Source: Candidatus Eremiobacteria bacterium (lineage in GTDB: Bacteria > Vulcanimicrobiota > Vulcanimicrobiia > Vulcanimicrobiales > Vulcanimicrobiaceae). Taken from it: DNA of 64,000 nucleotides. A program made the translations under genes and the position numbers. Positions within the stretch are counted from its first letter, which is position 1. Each line of letters opens with the position of its first letter. Shown in pieces: positions 8,592 through 18,128 of the stretch. Below the pieces are notes generated by a model. It searched no databases. It saw nothing but the letters and a program-made list of their open reading frames with translations, and was not told where the DNA came from. The stretch covers positions 768,001 to 832,000 of the forward strand of contig CAVTRC010000001.1 in NCBI GenBank assembly GCA_963737065.1. Direction: 5' to 3'.

Positions 8592-9662
8592 GTGTTCGCC
8601 GATATCGCCTTCGCATTGCGCAGCGTTCTGCGCAGTCCCGCGCGCCTTCGCGCGCTCGTCGCCGCCGATCCATTGCTGCCGCTCCATCTCGTCCGCTTTC
8701 TGTTGCGCGTCGTTCCGGTCGCTGCGCGAACGCTCGCTCGCGTGCGCGCACGCGCCGAGCGGATACCGGACGCGCAACTGCGATACGAAGCGCTCTCGAG
8801 CGTCGACGGGAAAGCGTTTCACGTGGCGGGCGCCTCGATTCTCGCTACATTTCTTCGCGCCGGCGCTGCGCGCCGGTACATCGAAATCGTTACACCGCTC
8901 GAAACGATCTACGATTACCTCGATAATCTATGCGATCGCCACCCCGACGTCCGGCCCGATGCATATCCCGAGCTGCATCTCGCGATCGCCGATGCGCTCA
9001 ATCCCCACGCGCCGCCTCGCGACTATTACGCGAAGGGTCCGGCCGGCGATGACGGCGGATACCTTGCGTCGCTGGTCGCGCAAACGCAGCGCGCACTTGC
9101 CGACGTGCCGCATCTTGATCGATTGCGGCCGTGCTTCGCGGACGCTGCGGCTTTCTATGCGGAGTTACAAACGTTCAAACACCTCCCGCGCGGCGAACGC
9201 GAGCGCGCCTGCGTCGCATGGTACGAGCGAAACCGCGCTCGGTTTGGAGCGCTCGACTGGCATGAATTTGCCTGCGCCGCGGGATCCAACATGCATGTAT
9301 TCGCTGCACTGTACACGGCGTGCATCGATCGGCCTGAAGCGATCGGCCAAAGCTACGATGCGTACTTTCCGTTTGTCAGTGCGATCCATATCTTGCTCGA
9401 CTCGTTCATCGATCAAGATGAAGACGCCGAACATGACGACTTGAATTTTGCGCGCGTCTACGGCAATATCGCCACAATGCGCGAGCGCTTTGCGTTCATG
9501 ACGTCGCAGGCGCGCGCGCGTCTGGCGCTACTGCCCGACGCCGGCCGTCACCGCTTCGTACTGGATGTCATGACGCTATTCTATCTCAGCCATCCGAAGG
9601 TCGCCTCAGGCGATCTCGAGCGCGAGGCCCGGCAGTTGCTCCGCGCGAACGCACCGGGATAG
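8592..9662 (+). CDS. Tetraprenyl-beta-curcumene synthase family (YtpB/DUF2600, class IB terpene synthase)
   Basis: DYLDNLCD, DDGGYL, W.EFAC.AGS and HILLDSFIDQDED...DLNF motifs. Confidence 0.8.
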   Translation: MFADIAFALRSVLRSPARLRALVAADPLLPLHLVRFLLRVVPVAARTLARVRARAERIPDAQLRYEALSSVDGKAFHVAGASILATFLRAGAARRYIEIVTPLETIYDYLDNLCDRHPDVRPDAYPELHLAIADALNPHAPPRDYYAKGPAGDDGGYLASLVAQTQRALADVPHLDRLRPCFADAAAFYAELQTFKHLPRGERERACVAWYERNRARFGALDWHEFACAAGSNMHVFAALYTACIDRPEAIGQSYDAYFPFVSAIHILLDSFIDQDEDAEHDDLNFARVYGNIATMRERFAFMTSQARARLALLPDAGRHRFVLDVMTLFYLSHPKVASGDLEREARQLLRANAPG

Positions 9663-9690
9663 GCCGGAACAAAAAAGGAGGGCCGCTCCG

Positions 9691-11520
9691 CTGAACCGCT
9701 TCATTGCTGCGCTGCTCGGCGCATCGTTACTTCTGACGGCGCGCGCTCCGTCGCGTGCAGCGCTCAACACGAACGAGCAGTATGTGATCGATGCAATGAC
9801 GTCGTCGCGCGCGCTCGAGGACGCTCGCCGCCTCAATCAAGAGTCGCATTACGCAAGCACGCCGGGTGACGATCACATCGCGCACTGGATGGAAGACGTG
9901 CTGAGCGGCGCGGGGTTCAACGCATCGCTCGAACCGTTCAGGCACGACGTTCCGTTCGCTCGCGCACTGGCGCTCGAGCAGTACGCCGGCAACAAGCGGT
10001 GGGTGAAGTTCGATCTCGATGAAACGCCGATCGCAGCCGATCCCGACGGCACGCGTCCCGACGCGGGGCCGCCGTTCAATGCATGGAGCGGCAGCGGCAC
10101 GGTCGTTGCCAACATCGTGGACGCCGGGCACGGAATGCCCGACGACTATGCCGCGCTTGCCGCAAAGCACGTCGACGTACGCACCCGCATCGTCCTCGTT
10201 CGATACGGGCGCGAGTTCCGCGGATTGCTTGCCAAGCGCGCACAAGACGACGGCGCGCGCGGTGTATTGTTTTTCTCCGATCCGCACGACCGCGACGGCT
10301 CCCTGAGCGGACCCGCGTATCCCGATGGACCGTATCGTCCGCTTGGCGCCGTACAGCGCGGCGCACTTGAGGAGGGGCAGATAGCGATACCGACCGTGCC
10401 CGTCACCGCCTCGAATGCGGCGCGCATCACCAGCGATATGCGCGACGGCGTGACGCAGACGCCGTTTCGCCTTTCCGTTACGATGCTCGTAAAACGAAAT
10501 GCGACGTTGTGGAACACGGTTGGCGTGTTGCCGGGAAAAGATCCGACGCACGAAGTGGTACTCGGCGCGCATCGCGATGCATGGGTCTACGGCGTCACCG
10601 ATAACGGCTCGGGCACGTCGATTCTTCTCGACGTGGGGCGTGCGCTCGGCGCGTTGTATAAAAGCGGCTGGCGTCCGCAGTATTCCATCGTCATCGTTGG
10701 ATTCGACGGCGAAGAGATCGGCGAAGTCGGGTCAAAGGCCTACGTGCGCGCCCATTGGGGTGCACTCGAAAGCGGCTGCCTTGCATACATTAACGAGGAT
10801 GAAGCAACAACGGGCGCCGTCTTCGGCGCGACCGCCGCGGCGGCGCTGGAGCGTCTCGTTACCCCCGTGACGCGCAGCGTTTCCGCTCCCTCCACCTCGG
10901 AAAAGGTGCCGCTCTACGTCCGCTGGCAACAGCAGCCGCGCGGAGCGGCCGTTCGCGGTCCCGGAGGCGGTTCGGATTTCGAATCGTTTCTTTACGACGC
11001 CGGCATTCCGATCTTGGAGTACGGTTTCGGCGGCGTCTTCGGCGTCTATCATTCCGGTTTCGATGATCTTCGGTATGCAATGACGCAAGCCGATCCCAAC
11101 TTCATCCATCATCGAACCGTTGCGGAACTCGTCGCGCTCACCGCACTGCGGCTTTCAAACGGAAGCGTCGGATACGCGTTCTTTCCGTACGCCGCGCGCA
11201 TGCGAACGGCCCTCGGGTCCCTCGCGGGCGCGAAGGATCACGCAGCGGATTTGACGCCCGTACGCGCAGCAATCGGCCGTTTCGCAACCGCCGCGTCCGC
11301 GATCGACCGACGTGGTGGGAACGGCAATGCGCAGATTCAGATCGTGCATCGCGTGAACCGTTTGTTCTATGGCCGAAACGGCTACGCGGCCGTAGCCTTT
11401 CCCGATCTCGCCGAAGCGCTTGCATCGGGTAACGGCGCTGCGATTTCGGCTGCCGCTGGACGCACCGCTCATGCGCTCGATGAAATCGCGGGTGCGTTAG
11501 CGAACGCGACTCGACGATGA
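9691..11520 (+). CDS. Secreted M28 family metallopeptidase with PA domain (glutamate carboxypeptidase II-like)
   Basis: GAHRDAW, DNGSG, DGEE.G, GGGSDF and YHS motifs; in-frame signal peptide from a probable CTG start at 9691 (the ORF track starts at GTG 9784). Confidence 0.85.
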   Translation: MNRFIAALLGASLLLTARAPSRAALNTNEQYVIDAMTSSRALEDARRLNQESHYASTPGDDHIAHWMEDVLSGAGFNASLEPFRHDVPFARALALEQYAGNKRWVKFDLDETPIAADPDGTRPDAGPPFNAWSGSGTVVANIVDAGHGMPDDYAALAAKHVDVRTRIVLVRYGREFRGLLAKRAQDDGARGVLFFSDPHDRDGSLSGPAYPDGPYRPLGAVQRGALEEGQIAIPTVPVTASNAARITSDMRDGVTQTPFRLSVTMLVKRNATLWNTVGVLPGKDPTHEVVLGAHRDAWVYGVTDNGSGTSILLDVGRALGALYKSGWRPQYSIVIVGFDGEEIGEVGSKAYVRAHWGALESGCLAYINEDEATTGAVFGATAAAALERLVTPVTRSVSAPSTSEKVPLYVRWQQQPRGAAVRGPGGGSDFESFLYDAGIPILEYGFGGVFGVYHSGFDDLRYAMTQADPNFIHHRTVAELVALTALRLSNGSVGYAFFPYAARMRTALGSLAGAKDHAADLTPVRAAIGRFATAASAIDRRGGNGNAQIQIVHRVNRLFYGRNGYAAVAFPDLAEALASGNGAAISAAAGRTAHALDEIAGALANATRR

Positions 11521-12857
11521 CGATCTACGAGGTGCGTCGACAACAGGCGCTTGCCGCCTTTCACGGGGGCGTCGCGGTCATCCCGTCTGCAACGATTATC
11601 CAGCGCAACAATGACACGGAGTACGAGTTCCGGCAGAATTCCGACTTTTATTATCTCACCGGCTTCAATGAACCGGACGCGGTGCTCGTGCTTGCGCCGG
11701 AACACGACGAATACAGCACGGCTCTGTTCGTGCGCGAGCGCGATCGTGCGATGGAGATTTGGAACGGACGCCGTCTCGGTGTCGAGGCGGCCGCGCAGAC
11801 GCTCGCCGTCGACATCGCATATCCGATCGGCTCGCTTGCGCAAGAGCTTCCCGCCTATCTCTGCAACGTCGAGACGCTCTACTATGCGCTCGGCAACGGT
11901 GATACCGACGCAGTGGTGCGCAATGCATTAGCAGATGCACGCCTAAAAACGCGCCGCGCGGGATTTGCGCCGGACACCATTGCCGATCCGTCACCAACGC
12001 TGCACGCACTGCGACAGATCAAAAGCGCGCGCGAGCTCGAACTGATGCGCAAGAGCGCCGAGATCACCGGGCGTGGACACGTTGCGGCGATGCGCGCCAC
12101 CCGCCCCGGACTCTACGAGTACGAAATCGAAGCCGTACTCGAGTACGAATTTCATCGCGCGGGTGCGGACCGCGAAGCATACGAATCTATTGTTGCGGGC
12201 GGCGACAACGCGACGATTCTGCACTACCGAGAAAATCGCGATCGTCTCGCGGATGGAACGTTGCTCCTCGTCGATGCGGCATGCGAATATGAGTACTACG
12301 CCGCCGATGTCACGCGAACATGGCCGGTGAACGGACGGTTCACGCCGGAACAGCGCGCGATTTACGAGATCGTGCTCGCCGCGCAGCAAGCCGCAATCGA
12401 CGCGCTACGACCCGGCCAACCACAGAAAGCATTTCATCACGCGGCGGTGCGCACCATCGTCGAAGGCCTCATCGATGTTGGACTCTTGCATGGAAGCGTG
12501 GACGAACAGATCGAGCGCGAAACGTATCGCGAGTACTACATGCACGGAACCGGTCACTGGCTCGGCATGGACGTGCACGACGTGGGACGCTATCGCGACG
12601 TTTCGGACACGCCCGTTACACTGGAACCCGGCATGGTGACGACCGTCGAACCCGGCATTTACGTACAACGCGATTGCAACTGCGATGAGCGCTTTCGCGG
12701 AATCGGCGTGCGGATCGAAGATGATTTGCTCGTAACGGAATCGGGAACGGAGAATCTCACCGCTACGATTCCGAAGTCGATCGACGAATTGGAGGCAATC
12801 ATCGGCTCATGCGCGTTGGAATTCTCGGCGCAACCGGCTTCATCGGCCGCCACCTAG
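11517..12857 (+). CDS. pepP: Xaa-Pro aminopeptidase (M24B)
   Basis: FRQNSDFYYLTG, LHY, DVTRT, HGTGHWLGMDVHD, TVEPG and GVRIEDD. Confidence 0.93.
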   Translation: MTIYEVRRQQALAAFHGGVAVIPSATIIQRNNDTEYEFRQNSDFYYLTGFNEPDAVLVLAPEHDEYSTALFVRERDRAMEIWNGRRLGVEAAAQTLAVDIAYPIGSLAQELPAYLCNVETLYYALGNGDTDAVVRNALADARLKTRRAGFAPDTIADPSPTLHALRQIKSARELELMRKSAEITGRGHVAAMRATRPGLYEYEIEAVLEYEFHRAGADREAYESIVAGGDNATILHYRENRDRLADGTLLLVDAACEYEYYAADVTRTWPVNGRFTPEQRAIYEIVLAAQQAAIDALRPGQPQKAFHHAAVRTIVEGLIDVGLLHGSVDEQIERETYREYYMHGTGHWLGMDVHDVGRYRDVSDTPVTLEPGMVTTVEPGIYVQRDCNCDERFRGIGVRIEDDLLVTESGTENLTATIPKSIDELEAIIGSCALEFSAQPASSAAT

Positions 12858-13648
12858 CCGCACGGCTGACGGCACGCGGTGACGACGTGGTCACGGCGTC
12901 TGTGCGCGAGCCCGCCGACGCCGCGCGCCAACTCGCATCGTGCGATGCGATCGTGAATCTCGCGGGCGAGACGCTCGTGCAGCGTTGGAACGCGACGGTA
13001 AAGCACCGAATCGTCTCCAGCCGTACGGAACTGCCGCACCGTTTCCTCGAAGCGCTCCAAACGTTTCCATCGCGTCCGCGGGTTTACGTGTCGGCATCGG
13101 CAATCGGTTACTACGGCACGAGCGAAACCGCGACGTTTACGGAAGAGAGTCCGCCGGGCGACGATTTTCTCGCTCGGGTCTGCATTGCTTGGGAGCGTGA
13201 AGCGCTCCGCGCGCAGACGTTCGGCATGCGCGTCGCGTTGATCCGCACGGGAATCGTCCTCGGCGACGCCGGAGCGCTCGGGCAAATGCTCGCGCCGTTC
13301 AAGCTGGGCGCAGGCGGCATCGTAGGAAACGGGCGGCAGTGGATTTCATGGATTCACGTCGACGACGTGACCGGAATCTATGCGCTCGCGCTTGACGGAA
13401 CGAGCGGCGTGCTGAATGCGACCGCGCCGAATCCCGTGACGAACGCTGAGTTCACGCACGCACTGGGACGCGCGGTGCATCGACCGACGGTCCTTCCGGC
13501 GCCGACGTTCGCGTTGCGCATGCTGCTCGGCGAAGGTGCCGATATGCTGTTGACCGGTCAGCGCGTTCTGCCGCAGCGAACGCAAGCCGAAGGCTATAGG
13601 TTTGCGTTCACGCAGATCGACGACGCGCTCGCGAATGCGGTTGCATGA
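12809..13648 (+). CDS. TIGR01777 family epimerase-like SDR (YfcH)
   Basis: GATGFIG, VNLAGE, SASAIGYYG, FLARVC.AWE, WIHVDD and N.TAPNPVTN. Confidence 0.9.
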   Translation: MRVGILGATGFIGRHLAARLTARGDDVVTASVREPADAARQLASCDAIVNLAGETLVQRWNATVKHRIVSSRTELPHRFLEALQTFPSRPRVYVSASAIGYYGTSETATFTEESPPGDDFLARVCIAWEREALRAQTFGMRVALIRTGIVLGDAGALGQMLAPFKLGAGGIVGNGRQWISWIHVDDVTGIYALALDGTSGVLNATAPNPVTNAEFTHALGRAVHRPTVLPAPTFALRMLLGEGADMLLTGQRVLPQRTQAEGYRFAFTQIDDALANAVA

Positions 13649-13977
13649 TCGCCTTCGACGACTTTCTTAAAGTCGACATTCGCGCTGGGACGATCCTCGA
13701 AGCGCAAGCGCTCCAAGGCGCTCGGAAGCCGGCGTACACGCTGCGCATTGATTTCGGCCGGGAGATCGGGGAAAAGATGTCTTCCGCGCAAATAACGATT
13801 CGCCATCGCGCCGAAGAGCTCGCGGGATCGCAAGTCTGCGCGGTCGTGAACTTTCCGCCGAAACGCATCGCCGGATTTACCAGTGAAGTGCTCGTCCTCG
13901 GCATGAACGACGAAAACGGAAACGTCGTCCTCATTCGTCCGCAGTTCGCCGTTCCAAACGGGGCGCGTTTGTATTAG
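13645..13977 (+). CDS. csaA: tRNA-binding/chaperone protein CsaA
   Basis: DFLKVDIRAG, SSAQIT and VVNFPPKRIAGF.SEVL.LG. Confidence 0.92.
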   Translation: MIAFDDFLKVDIRAGTILEAQALQGARKPAYTLRIDFGREIGEKMSSAQITIRHRAEELAGSQVCAVVNFPPKRIAGFTSEVLVLGMNDENGNVVLIRPQFAVPNGARLY

Positions 13978-13983
13978 CGAGAC

Positions 13984-14925
13984 CTAGCCCGCGACCGCTT
14001 CTTGCACGGCGAACTCTAGCGCTTCGAGATACTTCTCGGCGTCCATCGCGGCTTTGCACCCCGCACTTGCAGCGGTGATCGCTTGTTTGTAACGCAGATC
14101 GTTCACGTCGCCGGCAACGAAGACCCCGTCGATGTTCGTCTGCACGCCGTCGGGTGAGACGATGTAGCCGTTTTCGTCGAGATCGAGCTGGCCATCGAAG
14201 ATCCCCGTGTTTGGCGTATGTCCGATGGCGATGAAGAGCGCATCGGCATCGAGCGCGCGCGTCGCCCCGTCAACAACGTTTCGCAGCACGAGGCCGTGCA
14301 TCACCGTGTCGCCGAGCACTTCTTCAACGACGGTGTTCCAGATGAAATGAATTTTTTCGTGTGCGAACGCGCGCGCCGCCATGATTTTGCTCGCGCGAAG
14401 ATGATCGCGGCGGTGAATAAGCGTAACTTTGCTTCCGAACCGAGTCAAAAAGAGCGCTTCTTCCATGGCTGAGTCCCCGCCGCCCACGACGACGATACGC
14501 TTGTCGCGGAAGAACGCTCCGTCGCACGTCGCGCACGTCGAAACGCCGCGGCCACGAAATTTCTCTTCACCGGGAATATCGAGCCAGCGCGCGCTCGCGC
14601 CGGTGGCGACGATGACCGTCTTAGCATGATACTCGGCGTCACCGGTGCGCACGGCGAACGGTTTCTTCAAAAAGTCGACGGATGTCGCATCGACATTCTC
14701 GATGCGCGCGCCAAAGCGTTCGGCCTGTTCGCGAAATTTCGTCATCATGTCCGGGCCCATGATGCCGTCGGGAAATCCCGGATAGTTCTCTACTTCAGTC
14801 GTCAACATCAGTTGACCGCCGTAGAGACCGCCCGCAATCACCAACGGGTTCAGGTTCGCGCGCGCGGCATAGACGGCGGCGGTAAGCCCAGCCGGACCGG
14901 AACCAATGATGATAACGCGTTCCAT
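13984..14925 (-). CDS. trxB: Thioredoxin-disulfide reductase
   Basis: IIGSGPAG, GGQL..T..VENYPG, CATCDG, GGGDSA.EEA, HRRD and GVF.AGDV. Confidence 0.96.
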   Translation of the reverse strand: MERVIIIGSGPAGLTAAVYAARANLNPLVIAGGLYGGQLMLTTEVENYPGFPDGIMGPDMMTKFREQAERFGARIENVDATSVDFLKKPFAVRTGDAEYHAKTVIVATGASARWLDIPGEEKFRGRGVSTCATCDGAFFRDKRIVVVGGGDSAMEEALFLTRFGSKVTLIHRRDHLRASKIMAARAFAHEKIHFIWNTVVEEVLGDTVMHGLVLRNVVDGATRALDADALFIAIGHTPNTGIFDGQLDLDENGYIVSPDGVQTNIDGVFVAGDVNDLRYKQAITAASAGCKAAMDAEKYLEALEFAVQEAVAG

Positions 14926-15031
14926 GGTTGCTGCCAATTCGACCGGGCGCCGCGTGGTTCCGTTGCAAGCGGGCGAGATAGGGACGCCTTTCTACCAAAG
15001 GTCGTCGGCGCGGTGGTACGAAGTGCAACGC

Positions 15032-15871
15032 ATGGGGAAGTGGCCGCAGATTGCGCTCGAAGACACCTTCGGCGATGTGTTGCGCAAAGCGATGCGCGGC
15101 AACCGCGTTGACGCACGCGTAGTGGAACAACGAACCGGCATTTCGTCAACGAAAATCGACGCATGGGTCCACGATCGCGGGACGGCAACGCCCGATGAAG
15201 CACGCGCACTGGCGCCCGTGTTACGACTCGATCCTGAAAAGCTCGCGGTACGCGCAGAAGACGCGTGGCATCCGCCGCCTATCGATCTGTCGGATGTTCG
15301 TCATCATGCGCAGGATCCGCATCCCAGCAACGGATACATTTTTTTCCTCGATGGCGGCCTGCGGGCGGCGCTGATCGACCCCGCGGGCATTCCAAGCAAT
15401 TTGCTCCACATCTTGAGCGGCGGCGCGTACCATCTGCAATACATTCTGATCACGCATAAGCACGCCGATCATTGCGATGCGACAGCCGACGTGGCTGCGG
15501 CGTTTCCTAACGCGCAAATCGTGATGCATGCCGCCGACGTTCACGCGATCGGTTCGCTCGCGCAACGGGCACTGCAGCTCCGTGACGGCGATGAATTACC
15601 GTTCGGTGACGATACTGCAATACGGATGTTGCACACACCCGGTCACACCGATGGATCCGCATCGTACCTGTTCAAATCGGCGTTGTTCACCGGCGATACC
15701 CTCTTTGCGGGAAGCGTCGGCGGAGCATTCGGCGACGTGAGCACCTACGACGACATTCTCAACAGCGTACGCTCAAAAATATTCACCCTGGCGGACGATA
15801 CCGTGCTGATGCCGGGACACGGGCCCCCGACGACCGTCGCACTCGAAAAAGCGCACAATCCCTTCTTTTAG
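15032..15871 (+). CDS. MBL-fold hydrolase (glyoxalase II-like) with N-terminal XRE-HTH-like region
   Basis: LEDTFGDVLRKAMRG N-domain; THKHADH, HTPGHT, TGDTLF.GS.G, PGHGP and NPFF. Confidence 0.85.
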   Translation: MGKWPQIALEDTFGDVLRKAMRGNRVDARVVEQRTGISSTKIDAWVHDRGTATPDEARALAPVLRLDPEKLAVRAEDAWHPPPIDLSDVRHHAQDPHPSNGYIFFLDGGLRAALIDPAGIPSNLLHILSGGAYHLQYILITHKHADHCDATADVAAAFPNAQIVMHAADVHAIGSLAQRALQLRDGDELPFGDDTAIRMLHTPGHTDGSASYLFKSALFTGDTLFAGSVGGAFGDVSTYDDILNSVRSKIFTLADDTVLMPGHGPPTTVALEKAHNPFF

Positions 15872-16127
15872 GCTTTGACGACCCTGTGGAAGCGACACGT
15901 CGACCGATACATGAGTTCAAACGCCGCCCACCAAGGTGCACACGCGTGCGTTGCTTCACGTAATCCGGAATCGCCGACGCTCACTTCGCGCGCTATGCTT
16001 CGCCTTCCCGATTAGTTCCGGCTTTTAACTGACACCCCCGTGGTGGTAACCTGATGCAAATCAGTATGACTTAACAGGGCCGTGCGTAACAAATTGATTT
16101 CACTCCAGTTGCCTTAGCTCTTGTCGT

Positions 16128-16364
16128 CTAGTTCCCCCAACGTATAAGCGATCCGATTACGCATGTAGCGATCAAGACGTACGACAACATCCATAGCGAG
16201 CCTACATTCGCCTTCGCGCGCACGTCCGGTGACGCTGCCCGATACGTTCTAAAGCGCATTGCTACGCCAACGAAGCAAATTACGGAAGGAATGAAGTAGA
16301 CAATGCTAGTCCATCCGCCAGGCGCCGGTAGGATCTGGGGGATGAAGGGAGCGAGTGCCATTTT
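16128..16364 (-). CDS. Small two-TM membrane protein (hypothetical)
   Basis: Two hydrophobic segments (IVYFIPSVICFVGVAM; LWMLSYVLIATCVIGSLI) in a low-GC patch; start uncertain (a GGAG-preceded ATG lies near 16361). Confidence 0.45.
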   Translation of the reverse strand, partial: KMALAPFIPQILPAPGGWTSIVYFIPSVICFVGVAMRFRTYRAASPDVRAKANVGSLWMLSYVLIATCVIGSLIRWGN

Positions 16365-16537
16365 CTCCCACGCTACCATGCATCTGTCCACAAGTCGACT
16401 CGGCGCGTCCGCGCAAATCTCGGCGTAGGGGCTCGGCGCGCCAGTCGTAATTGTGGCAGCTGCCTAAACATCCGCAACCGCGTAGATAATGCACGCGATA
16501 AGCATCGCCACCGTGGGTCGCGCGGGCTTGGGGCTTA

Positions 16538-16894
16538 TTGGCTCCGGTTTACCGCATCGGGCCGGTAAAAGGCCCGATGTATACGCCGGACTCGCCCGCG
16601 CCGGAATGCAGCAATCCGATTCCCGACGCACAAGAAATTGCAAGCAACATGGCGGAATACATCGCACAAAACGCGCGGAATTTCTCCGCTGCGTTGGTTG
16701 CCGCAGCCCAGAACGCCATCGAGGATTGGCAAGGCACGGGTCTAGGTGTCGCGGCATCCGTAACCGCCGCTATGGAATTCATCGGCGTCGTTATGGCCGG
16801 CCTTTCCTTTGGCGATGCATTCGTGATGCTGGCCGCCATCGCAATCGGCATCGCGACGCTCTACGAACTGCTCACTACTCGCGTTTCGAAGTAG
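16538..16894 (+). CDS. Hypothetical protein or fragment with an Ala/Gly-rich hydrophobic C-terminus
   Basis: 118-aa ORF ending in a long hydrophobic hairpin; no clear SD; in-frame TAA at 16499. Confidence 0.4.
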   Translation: MAPVYRIGPVKGPMYTPDSPAPECSNPIPDAQEIASNMAEYIAQNARNFSAALVAAAQNAIEDWQGTGLGVAASVTAAMEFIGVVMAGLSFGDAFVMLAAIAIGIATLYELLTTRVSK

Positions 16895-17339
16895 CGTGGC
16901 TGCACAACGCTGTACGCGAGACAGCTTTGTCACCATTTCGGCGCCCTTTAGCGAAATCTCTGAGAAGAATCGTCGTCACGCCCGCTCGCGGCCGCTTGGC
17001 GGGGGCTGCAGGTATCGTCACCGACGGGCCGTCGTCCGTTTCGATAACCGCGCCGCTCGTGCGCGGCGCTGAATCTTCTTCGCGGATGAGCTCGAACTGC
17101 AACACGATGCTGCCGGACGCGGGAATCGTCTCATGCATTTCGCCCGGCGAACACACGCGCGCGTCGCAAAACGCGGCGATCCAGCCGCCGGCAACGTGCG
17201 TTGCGCGAAGATGGACGACCGTAGCGGGTAACGCTTCGATCGTAAGCCGATACTTCAGCGCCGCGGTCGTCGCAGTCGCCAAATCAGCGCCTTTCCAGGG
17301 AGCGACGAGCAACGTCGTCATCGCAAAGATCAGCATCAT
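16875..17339 (-). CDS. Hypothetical exported protein (CxxxxC pair); C-terminus possibly read-through
   Basis: Hydrophobic N-terminus and WIAAFCDARVCSP; starts 6 nt after the ABC permease stop. Confidence 0.55.
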   Translation of the reverse strand: MMLIFAMTTLLVAPWKGADLATATTAALKYRLTIEALPATVVHLRATHVAGGWIAAFCDARVCSPGEMHETIPASGSIVLQFELIREEDSAPRTSGAVIETDDGPSVTIPAAPAKRPRAGVTTILLRDFAKGRRNGDKAVSRTALCSHATSKRE

Positions 17340-17345
17340 GGCTTC

Positions 17346-18128
17346 TTACGTGCGCAGTTTGTAACCAATCGCCATCATACGGAGCGCGATGCCGAGAGCG
17401 ACGAGCATGAGCAGAGCGATCATGCCGAGCGAGAGCCACAGCGGCAAAAAACTCTCGCCGGTGTAGCTCCGGCGAAACGCGTCAATCGTATAGAAGATCG
17501 GATTGACGAGTTCGAGCCGCTGCAGCAGTTGTGGCAGCATTGCAGCAGACGTGAATACGCCGCCGACAAACGTTAGCGGCGTGATCACGAACGTCGTGAG
17601 CACGGCGAGATGATCGAACTTCTCCGCCATCAGCCCGAAGATCAGTCCAAGCGAACTGAACAGCACGGACACCATACAAAGAACGCAAAAATAGAGCAGC
17701 CAGTTTTGCGGCCATGTATGAACGAGCACGGCACCCAGCGCCGTGATCAGTGCCGCGATCAAAATCGCGCGCGCTAGGCTGCCGAGGATATAGCCGAAGA
17801 CCATCTCCGAGGCCGACATCGGTGCGATCAGCATCTCCTGAATGGAGTTCATGAAACGCCCCTGAAAGATAGAACTCGAACATTCGCCGTACGATGAGTC
17901 GATCGTCTGCAGCATGATGAGGCCCGGTATCAGAAACTGCGCGTACGTCACTCCTTGCACGCTCTGGATCCGGCTGCCGAGCGCGAGCCCGAAGACGAAC
18001 ACGTAGAGCAGCGTAGAGATCACGGGCGGCCAGATCACCTGATTGATGATCTTCAAGCTGCGAATCATCTCGCGTTTGATGAGCGTCCACAGAGCAACCC
18101 CGTTGAACGCGGAAGCTTCGGCGGTCAT
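17346..18128 (-). CDS. ABC-2 type exporter permease (YadH-like)
   Basis: PPVIST.LY..VFG, Y.QFLIPGLIM, PLTFVGGVF, NPIFY.IDAFR and GYKLR. Confidence 0.9.
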   Translation of the reverse strand: MTAEASAFNGVALWTLIKREMIRSLKIINQVIWPPVISTLLYVFVFGLALGSRIQSVQGVTYAQFLIPGLIMLQTIDSSYGECSSSIFQGRFMNSIQEMLIAPMSASEMVFGYILGSLARAILIAALITALGAVLVHTWPQNWLLYFCVLCMVSVLFSSLGLIFGLMAEKFDHLAVLTTFVITPLTFVGGVFTSAAMLPQLLQRLELVNPIFYTIDAFRRSYTGESFLPLWLSLGMIALLMLVALGIALRMMAIGYKLRT

